Position numbers and translations under genes: made by a program | Notes under the pieces: generated by a model | The model's input: the letters and a program-made list of their open reading frames with translations, nothing else | Database searches by the model: none | Told to the model about the DNA's origin: nothing | IMG/VR virus record: IMGVR_UViG_3300037245_003898 | DNA: 60,124 nt | DNA from: an uncultured virus (IMG/VR IMGVR_UViG_3300037245_003898) | Taxonomy: Duplodnaviria > Heunggongvirae > Uroviricota > Caudoviricetes | Direction: 5' to 3' (one strand) | In this document: positions 36,712 to 47,600 of the stretch, piece after piece | Position numbering within the stretch: the stretch's first letter is position 1 | Layout: every line of letters begins with the position of its first letter

Positions 36712-38267
36712 GAAAGATCCTCAATGTGCTCAATCCTGTAAGCGGGCTCAGTGCGGTACATCTTCTCTCTGGTATTGGCATGGTCTAACAGATACTTATC
36801 GTGGATTACTGGGTCAATAGCAGTTGCAGTGCTTTTCACTGTTCCGTCTGGGTATGTAAATGGACGTGAAATTCGTCCAATTCGCTGCATTGCCCTTACT
36901 TGGGATTTTCCCTGGCCCGCGAGAATTACGGTATCCAGAGGTCGGACATCGATACCCTCATCGAATATGGTCGTGCTGACGATGCAGCTAATCTGCCGAC
37001 CTCTTAGTTGTTTGAGGCTTTTACTGCGTTTGATTTTGGTGCTCTTACCTGATAAAAACTGAGCACCTTTGATCATATGAGCTAGTTCTTTTCCATGGTC
37101 AATTTGCTGGACGAGGACAAGCACCAAACGGTCGTTACCGATGTAGGCATTCGCAATATTGGCTATGCAGCCGTTGTAGTAGTCATTCTCGACAACTTTG
37201 TCTTTGTAGATCGACTGCCATTGTTTAAATTTGGTCCGCTTGCCTTTGATATGAACCATCTTTATGTTAGGTCGGACAAGCCATTTGTCGGGATGCTCGA
37301 TTAGCTCAGTTGCAGTGATAACAGCGATCTTTTTGCCAAAACATGCTTGGATCATCATGTCATCGCCCTCATCTCTGTAGGGCGTAGCAGATGTTCCGTA
37401 TGTGTAATAAGCTGACTTTAGTTCACGAGCAACGAGTTGGCATGTATCGGCTCTCCAATGTTGGACTTCATCACAGATAGCTCCTCGGGCTTCACGGATA
37501 ACTTCCCGGATGTCCGCTCGGTACTGACCGATAGGCGTTTTATCATCTGAGTCCTCGCCGTCGAATTTGGTTTGCTTATCCCAACTCTTGCCTAGTGCTC
37601 TTACAGCAGTCTGGATGGTGCATACATTGACATCTTGGATATCAACAACACCCCCGCCCATCTGGCCGACTTTCAGACGAGAGCCATGGAATCGCAGTGC
37701 GGCCTCAAAACTTTCTTTAGCCTGCTCTAGCAAATCAATAGATGTCACGAAGAATATGAATGGAGCAACTCGCAGTTGCTCAATGATTCCAGCCGCCATG
37801 ATGGTTTTTCCCGAACCCGTAGCCGCCTGGATGATTCCTCGACTTTTGTTGCAAGCTGAATGAATAACCCTAAGCTGATAGTCTCGGTAAGTATACTCTC
37901 CCGACGCTGTTACATCAAAATTGGGTTCTGGTTTTTCGCGATAATCGAATATCTGAACGGGAATGTTGTGTTTGCTAAAGTAAGCTTGAGCGAGTGACAG
38001 TAAGCCTGTGGGAAAAAATGTTCCATTACGGTTACTTGACCAAAACTGCGGCTTCCATCCACTCCAGGCTCGTTTTATTGGATTTCCTTCGGCGTCTTTG
38101 ATCCAGCGCTGAAAGGCAGGGCTGAACATATAGCCCTGTGGACGAAAAGAGAGTTCTCGTTCAAGCTCTTTGAGCTGAGGGGCCAGAAGAGGCGCAGGCT
38201 CCTTGGGGTCACTAACCGTCGTGAATATGTTGCCGATCTTCAGGTTTAGAGGTTGATTCATTATCAC
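36708..38267 (-). CDS. SF2 (UvsW/XPB-like) DNA helicase
   Basis: YRDYQ, AATGSGKT, CDEVQH, SATPYRD, FDEGIDV, QRIGRISR. Confidence 0.92.
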   Translation of the reverse strand: MIMNQPLNLKIGNIFTTVSDPKEPAPLLAPQLKELERELSFRPQGYMFSPAFQRWIKDAEGNPIKRAWSGWKPQFWSSNRNGTFFPTGLLSLAQAYFSKHNIPVQIFDYREKPEPNFDVTASGEYTYRDYQLRVIHSACNKSRGIIQAATGSGKTIMAAGIIEQLRVAPFIFFVTSIDLLEQAKESFEAALRFHGSRLKVGQMGGGVVDIQDVNVCTIQTAVRALGKSWDKQTKFDGEDSDDKTPIGQYRADIREVIREARGAICDEVQHWRADTCQLVARELKSAYYTYGTSATPYRDEGDDMMIQACFGKKIAVITATELIEHPDKWLVRPNIKMVHIKGKRTKFKQWQSIYKDKVVENDYYNGCIANIANAYIGNDRLVLVLVQQIDHGKELAHMIKGAQFLSGKSTKIKRSKSLKQLRGRQISCIVSTTIFDEGIDVRPLDTVILAGQGKSQVRAMQRIGRISRPFTYPDGTVKSTATAIDPVIHDKYLLDHANTREKMYRTEPAYRIEHIEDLS

Positions 38268-38421
38268 ATTTGCTTGCGCATTCAGGACATATTCCTAACT
38301 GGCAACCTGCTTCACCACACTTGGTCATTCCTAGTGTTGGTTGTCCGCATCTGCTGCACTTGCTAAGTGAGTGGCTCACCTGGACGTTCTGGTTTTTCGA
38401 ATTTATTCTCTTTACCAACAC
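38212..38421 (-). CDS. small Cys-rich (zinc-finger-like) protein
   Basis: CSRC...CGEAGC...CPEC. Confidence 0.5.
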   Translation of the reverse strand: MLVKRINSKNQNVQVSHSLSKCSRCGQPTLGMTKCGEAGCQLGICPECASKCDNESTSKPEDRQHIHDG

Positions 38422-38596
38422 GTTTCCGCTTCCTTTTGCGTTTGGACTCTTCAGTCGGAGCTAATAGGAGCATTCCTTGCCCGGGAAACAGAGGTCCGGA
38501 CAGATTCTGTCCACCATCTGGAGTTCCACGGGAGTTAGGCTCATGCCCCGATAGCTGAGCTGTCCTCTGCATCGCTCGGATCAGCCAATTTATCAC
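38363..38596 (-). CDS. small hypothetical basic protein
   Basis: 77 aa with KRKRKRKR; fills the gap between neighbours with overlaps. Confidence 0.45.
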   Translation of the reverse strand: MINWLIRAMQRTAQLSGHEPNSRGTPDGGQNLSGPLFPGQGMLLLAPTEESKRKRKRKRVGKENKFEKPERPGEPLT

Positions 38597-38798
38597 TGTC
38601 TGTATCCCTTGCCTGAATGAGACTACTCAAGAGATTGTCAAATTTAGTGAGAATCCCCTGAAGTTTTCGATCCGCATCAATCGGTTTACCGTTGACCAGA
38701 TTTTTTGCTGTCAATACCTCTGTACGAAGCCGATGAACATGCATGATTACTTGTCCAACGAGATCGTCAGGTATCTTTGGTAGTTCTACTGTTTCCAT
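38541..38798 (-). CDS. hypothetical protein
   Basis: 85-aa helical ORF. Confidence 0.65.
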   Translation of the reverse strand: METVELPKIPDDLVGQVIMHVHRLRTEVLTAKNLVNGKPIDADRKLQGILTKFDNLLSSLIQARDTDSDKLADPSDAEDSSAIGA

Positions 38799-39937
38799 GC
38801 TCTTTCATCCTTCATAATTACTTCAATAAGCTTCCCTGGCTCAATTGCATTATGATCATACAACTCTCGGGCTGTTTCGAGCATCTCTTCAAAGTTTAAC
38901 TGGGACTTCTTCTTGGTTTTGGCTTTCTCGTCCATCAGCATTTGGAGCTTATCTTCGTACGGTTTAACGAGTTCACTGGCAGGCCACATAGACCCTCGCA
39001 TGGGAGAAAGCTGCTTTTCAATGAGTCCCATAAGCAATGACCACTGGCTCCATTGGCGGAAAACTTGTGGCGTTTGAGCGTCGGCTGCTGTTTTGATGCT
39101 CTGCCACAGATATTTATCAGCCCGGAGTACTTCTCTTTGTCTCTCTTGAGACAGTTTTGTTTCCTCTGGTGTCAGGGTTGACGCTGATGCCAGGTACATA
39201 ACAAAATCAGTCACGAAAGACGGATCTCCCTTTAGTGTTTTCAGAATAAGAACTAAATTTGGGAGAATATTATCTGACCCGTCCCCGTTTAACAGAATGT
39301 TATTAATCACTTTATCGGCCTTGGGTTTTTCTATAGCTAGTTCTAGATATTTAGCCAATAAGGCTGCCTGTCGGGCTGCGGAGTTGTGAATATTACAGTT
39401 CACCAACAAAAGTGGAAAGTCGTTCGAAGATAGTTCTGTGTTGGGAAGGTTATAGAGTTTCTGAAATTTCGAGCGATTTTCGATAACCCGGCAGGCATCT
39501 GTGAAGCGGCACGGCATGTACAAAACGCCGTGACTACCGATATGTCCCACCAAAGGCTCGATTATTTCATGAACAATAAAAGCCGGAGCAGGAACTTTAT
39601 CAAAGCTCATAAAAACAGGTGGCCCAGTCAGTTCTTTTGGCTCGAAATCAGCATAAACATAATCCTTGACAGCATAGAAAAGACCAAGAGCCAATTTATC
39701 CTGCCCAAAGCCACTGGAAAACTTGGCCAAAAGACGATAAAGCACGTTATATATGAACTTAGTTATAGATGACGGGTTATTATAGATAATCTTCCCTGGG
39801 CGCAAAGTTACTGTATCAGCTTCACCCTTCATGACGACTTCGATATCGTAATCAAGCAAAGCTGAGATTTCGTCAGGATCGAGGCTGATCTCATTTAGCA
39901 AAAAATACCTAGGAAATTGTAAATCTTTAATTTTCAT
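38786..39937 (-). CDS. hypothetical protein
   Basis: Long ORF; likely start MKIKDL at 39937. Confidence 0.8.
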   Translation of the reverse strand: MKIKDLQFPRYFLLNEISLDPDEISALLDYDIEVVMKGEADTVTLRPGKIIYNNPSSITKFIYNVLYRLLAKFSSGFGQDKLALGLFYAVKDYVYADFEPKELTGPPVFMSFDKVPAPAFIVHEIIEPLVGHIGSHGVLYMPCRFTDACRVIENRSKFQKLYNLPNTELSSNDFPLLLVNCNIHNSAARQAALLAKYLELAIEKPKADKVINNILLNGDGSDNILPNLVLILKTLKGDPSFVTDFVMYLASASTLTPEETKLSQERQREVLRADKYLWQSIKTAADAQTPQVFRQWSQWSLLMGLIEKQLSPMRGSMWPASELVKPYEDKLQMLMDEKAKTKKKSQLNFEEMLETARELYDHNAIEPGKLIEVIMKDERAWKQ

Positions 39938-40355
39938 CAGGTTCGAGCCACTCTGTGGCCCCAATTCCTTTTAGGAAGTCGATATGACTGTCACATTCTT
40001 TGAGCTTATCGAGGAACTCTTCTACCTCTGCATCCGTTATTTCTGTAGACGAAATGCCGTCTCTCTCACGGCTTCGAGCCTGCTGAATGCGGCGTTTGTT
40101 TTGAGTTTCTTCGAGCAACATGCAACAGAGTTCTTCAACGGTACCTTTCATATGACCTCCAAAGCTCTTCATGGCCCTATGATCACAACTGGGACATTTA
40201 TGCTCGATATAAAGAGTAGAGGCACCCTCTAGCTCTCTGATTCCGATGGCAATTATGTCCTTCTTCTTGATTCGCGCCGAGCATTTGCTGCATTTTGTGT
40301 GACTCAGATAACGAATGATCCAAGAAGGAACGTTCTGATGAAATGGAGTTCCCAT
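39927..40355 (-). CDS. zinc-ribbon-containing hypothetical protein
   Basis: CSKC...CPSC; start reassigned to MGTPFH (AAGGAG RBS). Confidence 0.75.
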   Translation of the reverse strand: MGTPFHQNVPSWIIRYLSHTKCSKCSARIKKKDIIAIGIRELEGASTLYIEHKCPSCDHRAMKSFGGHMKGTVEELCCMLLEETQNKRRIQQARSRERDGISSTEITDAEVEEFLDKLKECDSHIDFLKGIGATEWLEPDEN

Positions 40356-40392
40356 TTGGTTACTCCTTAAGCTCTTATTCTTATCCATTCTA

Positions 40393-41160
40393 CTAATCCT
40401 CAAAAATATCCTGCTCAAAGAGTTCTGCGCTCAGTACAGGATCTGAAAAATGTTTTCTTCTAAACTGAGCCCACACGATGTCTGTGGCTCCTATCATTGT
40501 TTTATTTTCAGTTCTTGTCACCCCTTTGGGGTTGATTCTATATTTAATGAGAGGCTCTTGAATATTTGCCATAAGACAACCGTGACATAACAGTCTGCAC
40601 CATAATTCGAAATCAGCCACCGTTCTTAATTTAGGGTTCAAGGAATAACCACCATGATTTAAAACGGTTTCCCTGCGATACATGCTAGATGGGTCAATAA
40701 TAGGGTTTAGTTTATATCGGGTGATAACAGAGAAGGCTCCCTTCGTATCAGGAGGAGGGTAAACCATGCTGCCGATTTCCTCTCCTGTCTGGCTGATACG
40801 AAAAGCATAGCTTCCAATGAAAGAAACTTTTTCATGTAGATCTAGGAACTTTACCTCTTTCTCTAGCCGTTCAGGGAGACTGATATCATCAGCATCATGT
40901 ATGGCAATATATTCTCCCTTTGCAGCCATAAGCCCTCGGTTGCGTCCATAAACGTGACCTTGGTTCCTGTCATTCTCAATAAGAACAACATTGTTATATC
41001 GGGATTGATATTCTTTGAGAATGTCGCCTGTCCTGTCAGTAGAACCATCATTCACAAGAATTAACTCAAAATCCTGAAAAGTTTGAGTAAAGATAGAATC
41101 GAGACTATCTCTAACGAACTCTTCTGCATCATAGGCAGTAGTGATAATAGATACTTTCAT
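40393..41160 (-). CDS. glycosyltransferase family 2
   Basis: VSIITTAYD, LILVNDGSTD, RNRGL...GEYIAIHDADD, DFELW. Confidence 0.93.
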   Translation of the reverse strand: MKVSIITTAYDAEEFVRDSLDSIFTQTFQDFELILVNDGSTDRTGDILKEYQSRYNNVVLIENDRNQGHVYGRNRGLMAAKGEYIAIHDADDISLPERLEKEVKFLDLHEKVSFIGSYAFRISQTGEEIGSMVYPPPDTKGAFSVITRYKLNPIIDPSSMYRRETVLNHGGYSLNPKLRTVADFELWCRLLCHGCLMANIQEPLIKYRINPKGVTRTENKTMIGATDIVWAQFRRKHFSDPVLSAELFEQDIFED

Positions 41161-42266
41161 TATCTCTCAATTACGCTTGCATACTGTGGCAGAATCTTCT
41201 CCCAACTTAGTTGGTTTATTATTTGCTGCCGTCCTTGTTCGCCCACAGTAGGGTTGTTATGAAGTCTGTGGATGGCTGCCGAGAACAGTTTTTTTACCCG
41301 ATCATCGATGACGCTATAGTAGTTCGTATTACGTACCGCAGGGATAAAATGGCCTCCTGCTAAATCTTTAGAGTTGCCGACATCAGCGGAAACCCACGGT
41401 AACCCGGCTGCCATTGCCTCTAATAATACAATAGGAGCCACCTCTTTTTCGCTCGGGAAAACGAATACATTGCTATTGTTAAAGAACCCTACGACATCAC
41501 TTCTTGAAATGTTCTTTTTAAGGATAACACTTATATTTGGGTGGAGTTTTAGCTTGCAGTGTTTCTTCCATTCGGCTTCGAGTTTGGCTCCCACCGCAAA
41601 GTTGATATCCGCAGCAACTTGGATATACACAAACTCCTTTTTCTTCGGGAGCAGGTTTAGAATGTCCACGAGATGATGTTGACCTTTGCCAGGGAAGAAG
41701 TTGGACACGTTTAATAACCAAGGTTTGTCACTTAGATTAGGAAGCAAATCGTGACGAGAAAGAGTGTTGTTTTGGAATTCATCCAAATCCACTCCGTTGG
41801 GAATAATTACTGTTTTGTTTTTAAGTTTAGTTACGGAACATAACTTATAGTCACGGTCATGTTTAGAGTGGCAAATCAAACGGTCTAGTTTTTTAGGACA
41901 ACGATATAGAAGAAAATTTACATAGTTTCTGTTCGCATACAGCCAATTCGCTCCGCAGAGAGCAATGATGATTCTCTTGGTATCGTAGTTGAGAATTTGT
42001 CGAGTGAAATCGAAGACATCGCTATAGATGAATATCACATCGGGTTTGATTTCGCCCAAAGCAACTTCGAACTCCCTATAGCGATTTGCTATATATTCAA
42101 TGATACGGAAATTAGGGTAGTCTCTGGAATCCCGTCCTCTCACTCTTCTGGTGCCGACAAAAACTTCGTGACCCCGTTGGGCAAGATATTCTGCGATCTT
42201 GCCCGTCACAGCCTCGCATCCACCAATCTCAGGGGCGAAGTGATTCGAGCAAATCAGGATTTTCAC
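41160..42266 (-). CDS. glycosyltransferase family 4 (GT-B)
   Basis: MKILICSNHFAPEIGG, IIPNGVD, KGQ, VFPSEKEVAPIVLLEAMAAGLPWVSADVG. Confidence 0.92.
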   Translation of the reverse strand: MKILICSNHFAPEIGGCEAVTGKIAEYLAQRGHEVFVGTRRVRGRDSRDYPNFRIIEYIANRYREFEVALGEIKPDVIFIYSDVFDFTRQILNYDTKRIIIALCGANWLYANRNYVNFLLYRCPKKLDRLICHSKHDRDYKLCSVTKLKNKTVIIPNGVDLDEFQNNTLSRHDLLPNLSDKPWLLNVSNFFPGKGQHHLVDILNLLPKKKEFVYIQVAADINFAVGAKLEAEWKKHCKLKLHPNISVILKKNISRSDVVGFFNNSNVFVFPSEKEVAPIVLLEAMAAGLPWVSADVGNSKDLAGGHFIPAVRNTNYYSVIDDRVKKLFSAAIHRLHNNPTVGEQGRQQIINQLSWEKILPQYASVIER

Positions 42267-42454
42267 AGTTTGCTACCCCATTTTGCCGCTCGGTTTTTCT
42301 CCGTCCGATAGAGCGAATCCCGGATATCCAGTAGAACCTCTAGAACGAGTAGCTGTAAGGCAAGCTCAGGAGTATCGTCTCCGGTTTTGGTGATCTGTAC
42401 AGCTTGTTCTTCAACCGTGTTACGCAATCGGTCTTGGCGTTCACTCATAATCAC
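42263..42454 (-). CDS. small hypothetical protein
   Basis: 63 aa containing LEVLLDIRD; coupled junctions. Confidence 0.6.
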   Translation of the reverse strand: MIMSERQDRLRNTVEEQAVQITKTGDDTPELALQLLVLEVLLDIRDSLYRTEKNRAAKWGSKL

Positions 42455-42716
42455 ACTGATCCAGATATTCGATAGTATCTACATTACGAGCGTTATATCT
42501 GCCCGCTAGTCGATCTCCCTTCCACACTTGAAGCCAGTAGACGCTATACTCACCAAGATATTGCTCTTTGCAGTCAATACGAGTAACGTCATCTTCCCCA
42601 ATCTCAACAGTGTCAAGAAAATCACCAGCTACCCACCAGCCAATTCGTGTGATAAGACTATCATCTAATCTGAACTGCTCTTTCGCCACTTGTCTTTGGG
42701 ATACATTCTTGCCCAT
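42441..42716 (-). CDS. hypothetical protein
   Basis: 91-aa ORF. Confidence 0.6.
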   Translation of the reverse strand: MGKNVSQRQVAKEQFRLDDSLITRIGWWVAGDFLDTVEIGEDDVTRIDCKEQYLGEYSVYWLQVWKGDRLAGRYNARNVDTIEYLDQCDYE

Positions 42717-43642
42717 TCTTCTTTCTCCCTAATAGAGCCACCCGTAGTCTCTCCTCGCAGACGAAGCGGGGTGACTTCGGTGCCATCAATTTCTTTAATG
42801 CAGCCCTCCTCAAGGAGCGTATCAAGTTTGTCCGCTGAATACGTTTCAGTCTTACGACGTACTATCGTGGGTAAGTGAACCCACATAATCTTATATCTAT
42901 CACGGGGCAACGGCATAGCATGCTGAGCCCCACCGACAGTTGTGGAAAGGGTAGGCAGATTGAAATTGAGCCTTCCAGCCCAATCTGAGCCTAAGTCAAG
43001 TTTTATTGCTTTGAACAAAAGCCCGACTTTCTCGTCCATGACCTTTTCAACCGCCGATGCGTTCTTCTGCCATTTTGCGGTCATCTCTTGCGCAAAATCA
43101 CGTTCAGACTTGGGGCGCCAAATGGGGTTTAGATCAGAATAGCTGACGATATATATGCGAGATTCTCCTTCAACATTCGCCAAAAATCCTGTTTTCAGTT
43201 TCTTTACATGACTGATTCGTTTTATCTCCTGTGTGGAACTTAACTCGTTGAAATTCCACACGAAGTGTACCAAATCAAGATTATACTCGACGATTTTTTC
43301 AGAGAACTCTTCTCTGTTCCAAGTAAGCAAAGGAGATTCACGCTCCTCTTCGGTCATTAAATGCTGCCTAAACAACGGATGGAACTGAAGGGATAAAGTT
43401 GATTGAGTTAACAGATTCTCTGCTATTGGGTCGGTTCTGTCCAGCCATTCTATACATTTGGCTGGATCATGATAGTTGCCACTGTCATCTACGAGTGGAT
43501 TTGCTTTTTTCTCCCAAAATGCATCATGTCGCTGTATTCTGGCAATTTCTTCCTCAGGAGTGGACGCTCCTCGATGATTCTCTCCAACTATTTTTGAACT
43601 AACTACGCCAAATACGGTTTGTCGTATTTCTATTTTACTCAT
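42665..43642 (-). CDS. hypothetical protein
   Basis: 325-aa ORF. Confidence 0.8.
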   Translation of the reverse strand: MSKIEIRQTVFGVVSSKIVGENHRGASTPEEEIARIQRHDAFWEKKANPLVDDSGNYHDPAKCIEWLDRTDPIAENLLTQSTLSLQFHPLFRQHLMTEEERESPLLTWNREEFSEKIVEYNLDLVHFVWNFNELSSTQEIKRISHVKKLKTGFLANVEGESRIYIVSYSDLNPIWRPKSERDFAQEMTAKWQKNASAVEKVMDEKVGLLFKAIKLDLGSDWAGRLNFNLPTLSTTVGGAQHAMPLPRDRYKIMWVHLPTIVRRKTETYSADKLDTLLEEGCIKEIDGTEVTPLRLRGETTGGSIREKEEWARMYPKDKWRKSSSD

Positions 43643-43898
43643 TGTGTTTCCTCACTGGGAATTTGGGACGATCTAAAAGTGTGCCTGAAATCTTCACTCG
43701 ACGTTCGGACGAAATACTCATAATCAGTTTACCATCCTCCCATTTCTGCTCGGGTTTCGCGCTGAGTTCCAGGTGGAACTTATCAAGCTCGAATGTCTGT
43801 GGTTGCTGGTTGAACTCGGGGTTGAATTCGATGGTTACCCTGATTTTAGAGGGGGTGGCACCTTTTTCGAGTTGTTTAAGCATTGCTTCGGAAATCAT
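43635..43898 (-). CDS. hypothetical protein
   Basis: 87 aa, GGAG RBS, ATGA overlap. Confidence 0.7.
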   Translation of the reverse strand: MISEAMLKQLEKGATPSKIRVTIEFNPEFNQQPQTFELDKFHLELSAKPEQKWEDGKLIMSISSERRVKISGTLLDRPKFPVRKHNE

Positions 43899-44659
43899 GT
43901 TTTATCTCCCGGCATTTGAAGTGGTTTCGGAAAATATGGATGCCACTTCTCAATAAACGCTCTCCAGCTTTTCAAAAACTGAGCGTTCTTTTTAAACAAA
44001 GTCTGATTATCGAATGTCTGGTGGGCCAAATGCTCAATCGGGCAATCGTGACACCAACCAAGTTTGTAACCAGCTTTGATAAGTCGGAAAGAGAAATCAG
44101 GATCTTCGAAATACGCCGGACTGAAGCGTTCATCGAAAAGACCGACTTTATCATACACCTCTTTCTTTATGAGCATTCCTCCGCAACCGATGTACGTGAA
44201 ACGCTCTCTAACGTTAGTGCAGCGCCGAAACGGATAATATGCTCGGCCATGAGTGGCGGACCCCATAACAACTGCACCACCTGCCCCTGGGGGATGCAGG
44301 CACCAAGCCTCGGGGCCAACTATATCATATTCTCCTTCAATCATCATATCGAAAAGTTTGTCCAACCAGTCTTCTTTCACGTACTGGTCGTTATCGATAT
44401 TAAGGAAATATTTGGATTTGACTTCTTTCGCTCCGAGATTACGACCCTCAATAACCCCTAAGTTTTTACCAGGACTCAGAACTGTCCACTGCCCTTTGTT
44501 TCGTCCTTCTGATAGAAATTCCGCTGTACCGTCTGTGCTGCCGTTATCTACAAAAATGAGACGGAAATTATCGGTATATTTGAACAGTCTATCGATAAAA
44601 CCTTTGGTTATAGGGAGTTGATTATGAACGAGACAGATGATATCAGTTTGCTCATGCAT
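43895..44659 (-). CDS. glycosyltransferase family 2
   Basis: LIFVDNGSTDGT, NLGVIEGRNLG, LNIDND, VGLFDERFSPAYFEDPDFSFR. Confidence 0.93.
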   Translation of the reverse strand: MHEQTDIICLVHNQLPITKGFIDRLFKYTDNFRLIFVDNGSTDGTAEFLSEGRNKGQWTVLSPGKNLGVIEGRNLGAKEVKSKYFLNIDNDQYVKEDWLDKLFDMMIEGEYDIVGPEAWCLHPPGAGGAVVMGSATHGRAYYPFRRCTNVRERFTYIGCGGMLIKKEVYDKVGLFDERFSPAYFEDPDFSFRLIKAGYKLGWCHDCPIEHLAHQTFDNQTLFKKNAQFLKSWRAFIEKWHPYFPKPLQMPGDKT

Positions 44660-44664
44660 GCGTT

Positions 44665-44671
44665 ATTATAC
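44665..44671 (-). promoter_or_regulatory. GTATAAT promoter 5 nt before ATG (leaderless-type)
   Basis: TAA-AGA-GTATAAT-AACGC-ATG in a 15-nt gap; no SD sequence. Confidence 0.6.
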
Positions 44672-44674
44672 TCT

Positions 44675-47600
44675 TTAAGCACTGATTGTGACAATATTAC
44701 TGACCACTGGGGCTCCTAAATCCAGGCCATCATACGGCGTTACCTGGACGTACCAGTATTCGCCCGCTCGTGTATAAAATGGAGGAGTAACCATTTCGCC
44801 CCTGAGATCCTGGACCTCGGCAAAGTCCTGCCCATTTGGAGAGTTAAACCATTTGATTTCGCTTTGATCAATTTGAATGCCGTTATCAACATCCAAATCA
44901 TCTAAAGTATACGACAAGGTCAACGTAGACTGAGCATTAGGAATAAGCGGTTCTATTTGAACGTTGTTTGCTATTGGGATACTATTAACAACAGTAATCG
45001 TAGAACTTGTCACAGTAGCTCCTGTTATAAGCACCGTCTTCGGGGTCACTTCAACCTGAATCTGGTTGCCAATAGTATGAGCACTCACACCTGCAATTTG
45101 TTCACCCGGAGCGATTGATTTAGGGTCGAAGTAAGGATCAGACTCAAGTTCCGAGAAAACACCCTCTTTGAATAACCGGCCATTAACATACCATTTGATA
45201 ACAGTCCCGACTTCTAGGGCGCTAGGCCCCGTGTCTTCAACTTCAAAGTCATACTGAACAACAAACGAGCTTGATGTGTCATATCGGTTGTTGATAACTC
45301 CGTTCCTAAAGGGGACTATCCTGACATCATCAGCACCTGGAGGACGAGCAACTACTATAACCGCAGGAGAGTAAACAGGAGAACCAAAAGATCTGCCATC
45401 ACTTGGGATGACGATATAATGGATTTTATCGTTAGGAACAAGTTTGTTACCAGACAGCAAATCACTATCAGACCACGATAGGTTATTTTGAATCTCAAAC
45501 AACTGTTGCCCGTTTTTGTACCAAGATATCAGAGATCCGCTCTCATCGTCATTGTTCAGGTCAATGAAGTCATACAAAGCAAAGATAGTATCCGAAGAAT
45601 TCGGATTCTGCGGCGAGATAGTCACATTAAGAACAGACGGGGCCACCTGGCTGATTAGGGCAGGTTTTTCATCGTTCGTACTATATATGAAACCAACGCC
45701 CTCCATGGTGATTGAATCAGAATGACGACGGTTTCTCAGGCGAAGTCCGACTCTCATTTTATCTTCGTTGGTGACAGTTATTTTGAATACCCTATCAGGC
45801 GGTTGCCGAGTATCGAAGTAGATTTCCCCTTCTCTCGGGTATAAGCGGAAACCAGTAAATACTGGGATTTCGACATTAGCATGGGCTCCACTTGGATCTA
45901 CTTGTACGATGTCAACCCTTGCTTCCGGATCCCATGACCCATAGGTGGTTTGGTATCGAATGTTATCATCTGTGGTTAGGGGCTCCGTTGGTACTGCTGA
46001 ATCAGCGTCTTCATCTCGCTCCAGCAAAAATGTCTTGCCGAATTCCTCAACGATGGGCCTTGCAGAACTATAGAAGTCAGCCCACTGATGGGAGTCAGAT
46101 GTGGCAACCCCAAGCTCAACAACGGATGCGGTAGGGATATCTCCTTCAAAAGCCATCGCTACTTGCTGAGCGTTAGTAAGGACATCTTCTGTATCTACAA
46201 AAAGTAAATCTTGTCTTTCTTGAGAAGTTTCCCAGGTTATACTGCGAAGCTTAGGAATTCCTGTGGCTGTTGCATCGTATTCCTCTGTGATCCCGGTTGT
46301 GAAACCCGTAGATAAGACAACTTCGAACTCAATGTACTGAGCGAAAAAATCTACAAAATCATGATTACCGCTACCTGTGAACCTTTCAGTCCAGTCAGTG
46401 TAATTGAATCCATCATCGCTGCTGCGGAGTCTTACTCTCCCTTGAGTATTATCGGGCAGGAAGAAGTCTAAACTCATAGCAGTAATTGACGACAGTTCGC
46501 TTAAATCCAATATATTAGTGTAGATGCCATATCCTAAACCACCTGTAGCCCCTCCCAAAGTGAGATTAAGAATCCAGTCTAGGAAAGATGTTGATACCAA
46601 CGTGCTTGATTGACCTCCTGTGTCTTTGGTAAGAGCATCCACATCAGATGATTCCGTTCTCTCTAACATTGCAGCCACACTAACAGGATAAGAAGTGCTA
46701 AATACTGTGTAAACGATAGGAGTGTTTCTATCCCCATCTATTGAGTTGACCTCTTCGGTGGCTGTGAATCTGCTGGTGAGAGACAAGTTCTCAGAATTAT
46801 CTGAGCAGATATAGATGACTTTCTTTTTATCCGCGAAAGTGTCACCGGCCATTGTCTGAGCGCCTTCGGTTAAGGCGTCATAAAGTTGACTAGAACCGAA
46901 TGGTATTTCGTAATCAATCGTATCGAGCAAAGTCAACGCATTTGATATAGTGTTAGTGCTGCCAGTCAGATGGCGCTTGATTTGTGGCACCCACGCCTCA
47001 ATATTGTAATAGTTAGTAGCAACGGTCGGAAGCTGATCCCTGATATCAGGCTGCGTTGGAAGCAATGTATCACAGAAAAGACATTGACCTGAACCTCGGT
47101 AATCCCCTCCCCCTGTCGGAGGGTTGCCTCCATCGTCATCGTCATCAGGCGGAGGCGGATCAGGGGGAAGCACGGGAGCCGCAGCATGTTCCAGAACAAA
47201 ACATGAAGCACTTGCCCCACCTGAACTTCCTCCTAACCCACCAGGATCGACACCACCACCGGGCTCATCCTCTCCGTCTCCTTCATCAGGCTCCTCCGGT
47301 GGTGGTGTTAGATAACCTCGGATTCTACTGTTGATTTCATCTTGTACTGCCAAATCAAACTCACTGACAGTTTGACCGAAGTAGATATCATCCAGCACTG
47401 TCAAAAACGTCTCTATGTCATAGAGTGGGCGCAACACTCCCGAGTTGACCACAGTTGGTGGAATCTCGACAGTCTCTAGCACATCCCCAAGGGCTGCGAG
47501 TTCTTCTCTGGTTAGATCGCCAGCGAATCTTTCATCAGTATCATCTGGAGTGTTTTGCAGTATTTGCTGAATAAACTCTGCAAGTCGCTGAAGATCAGCT

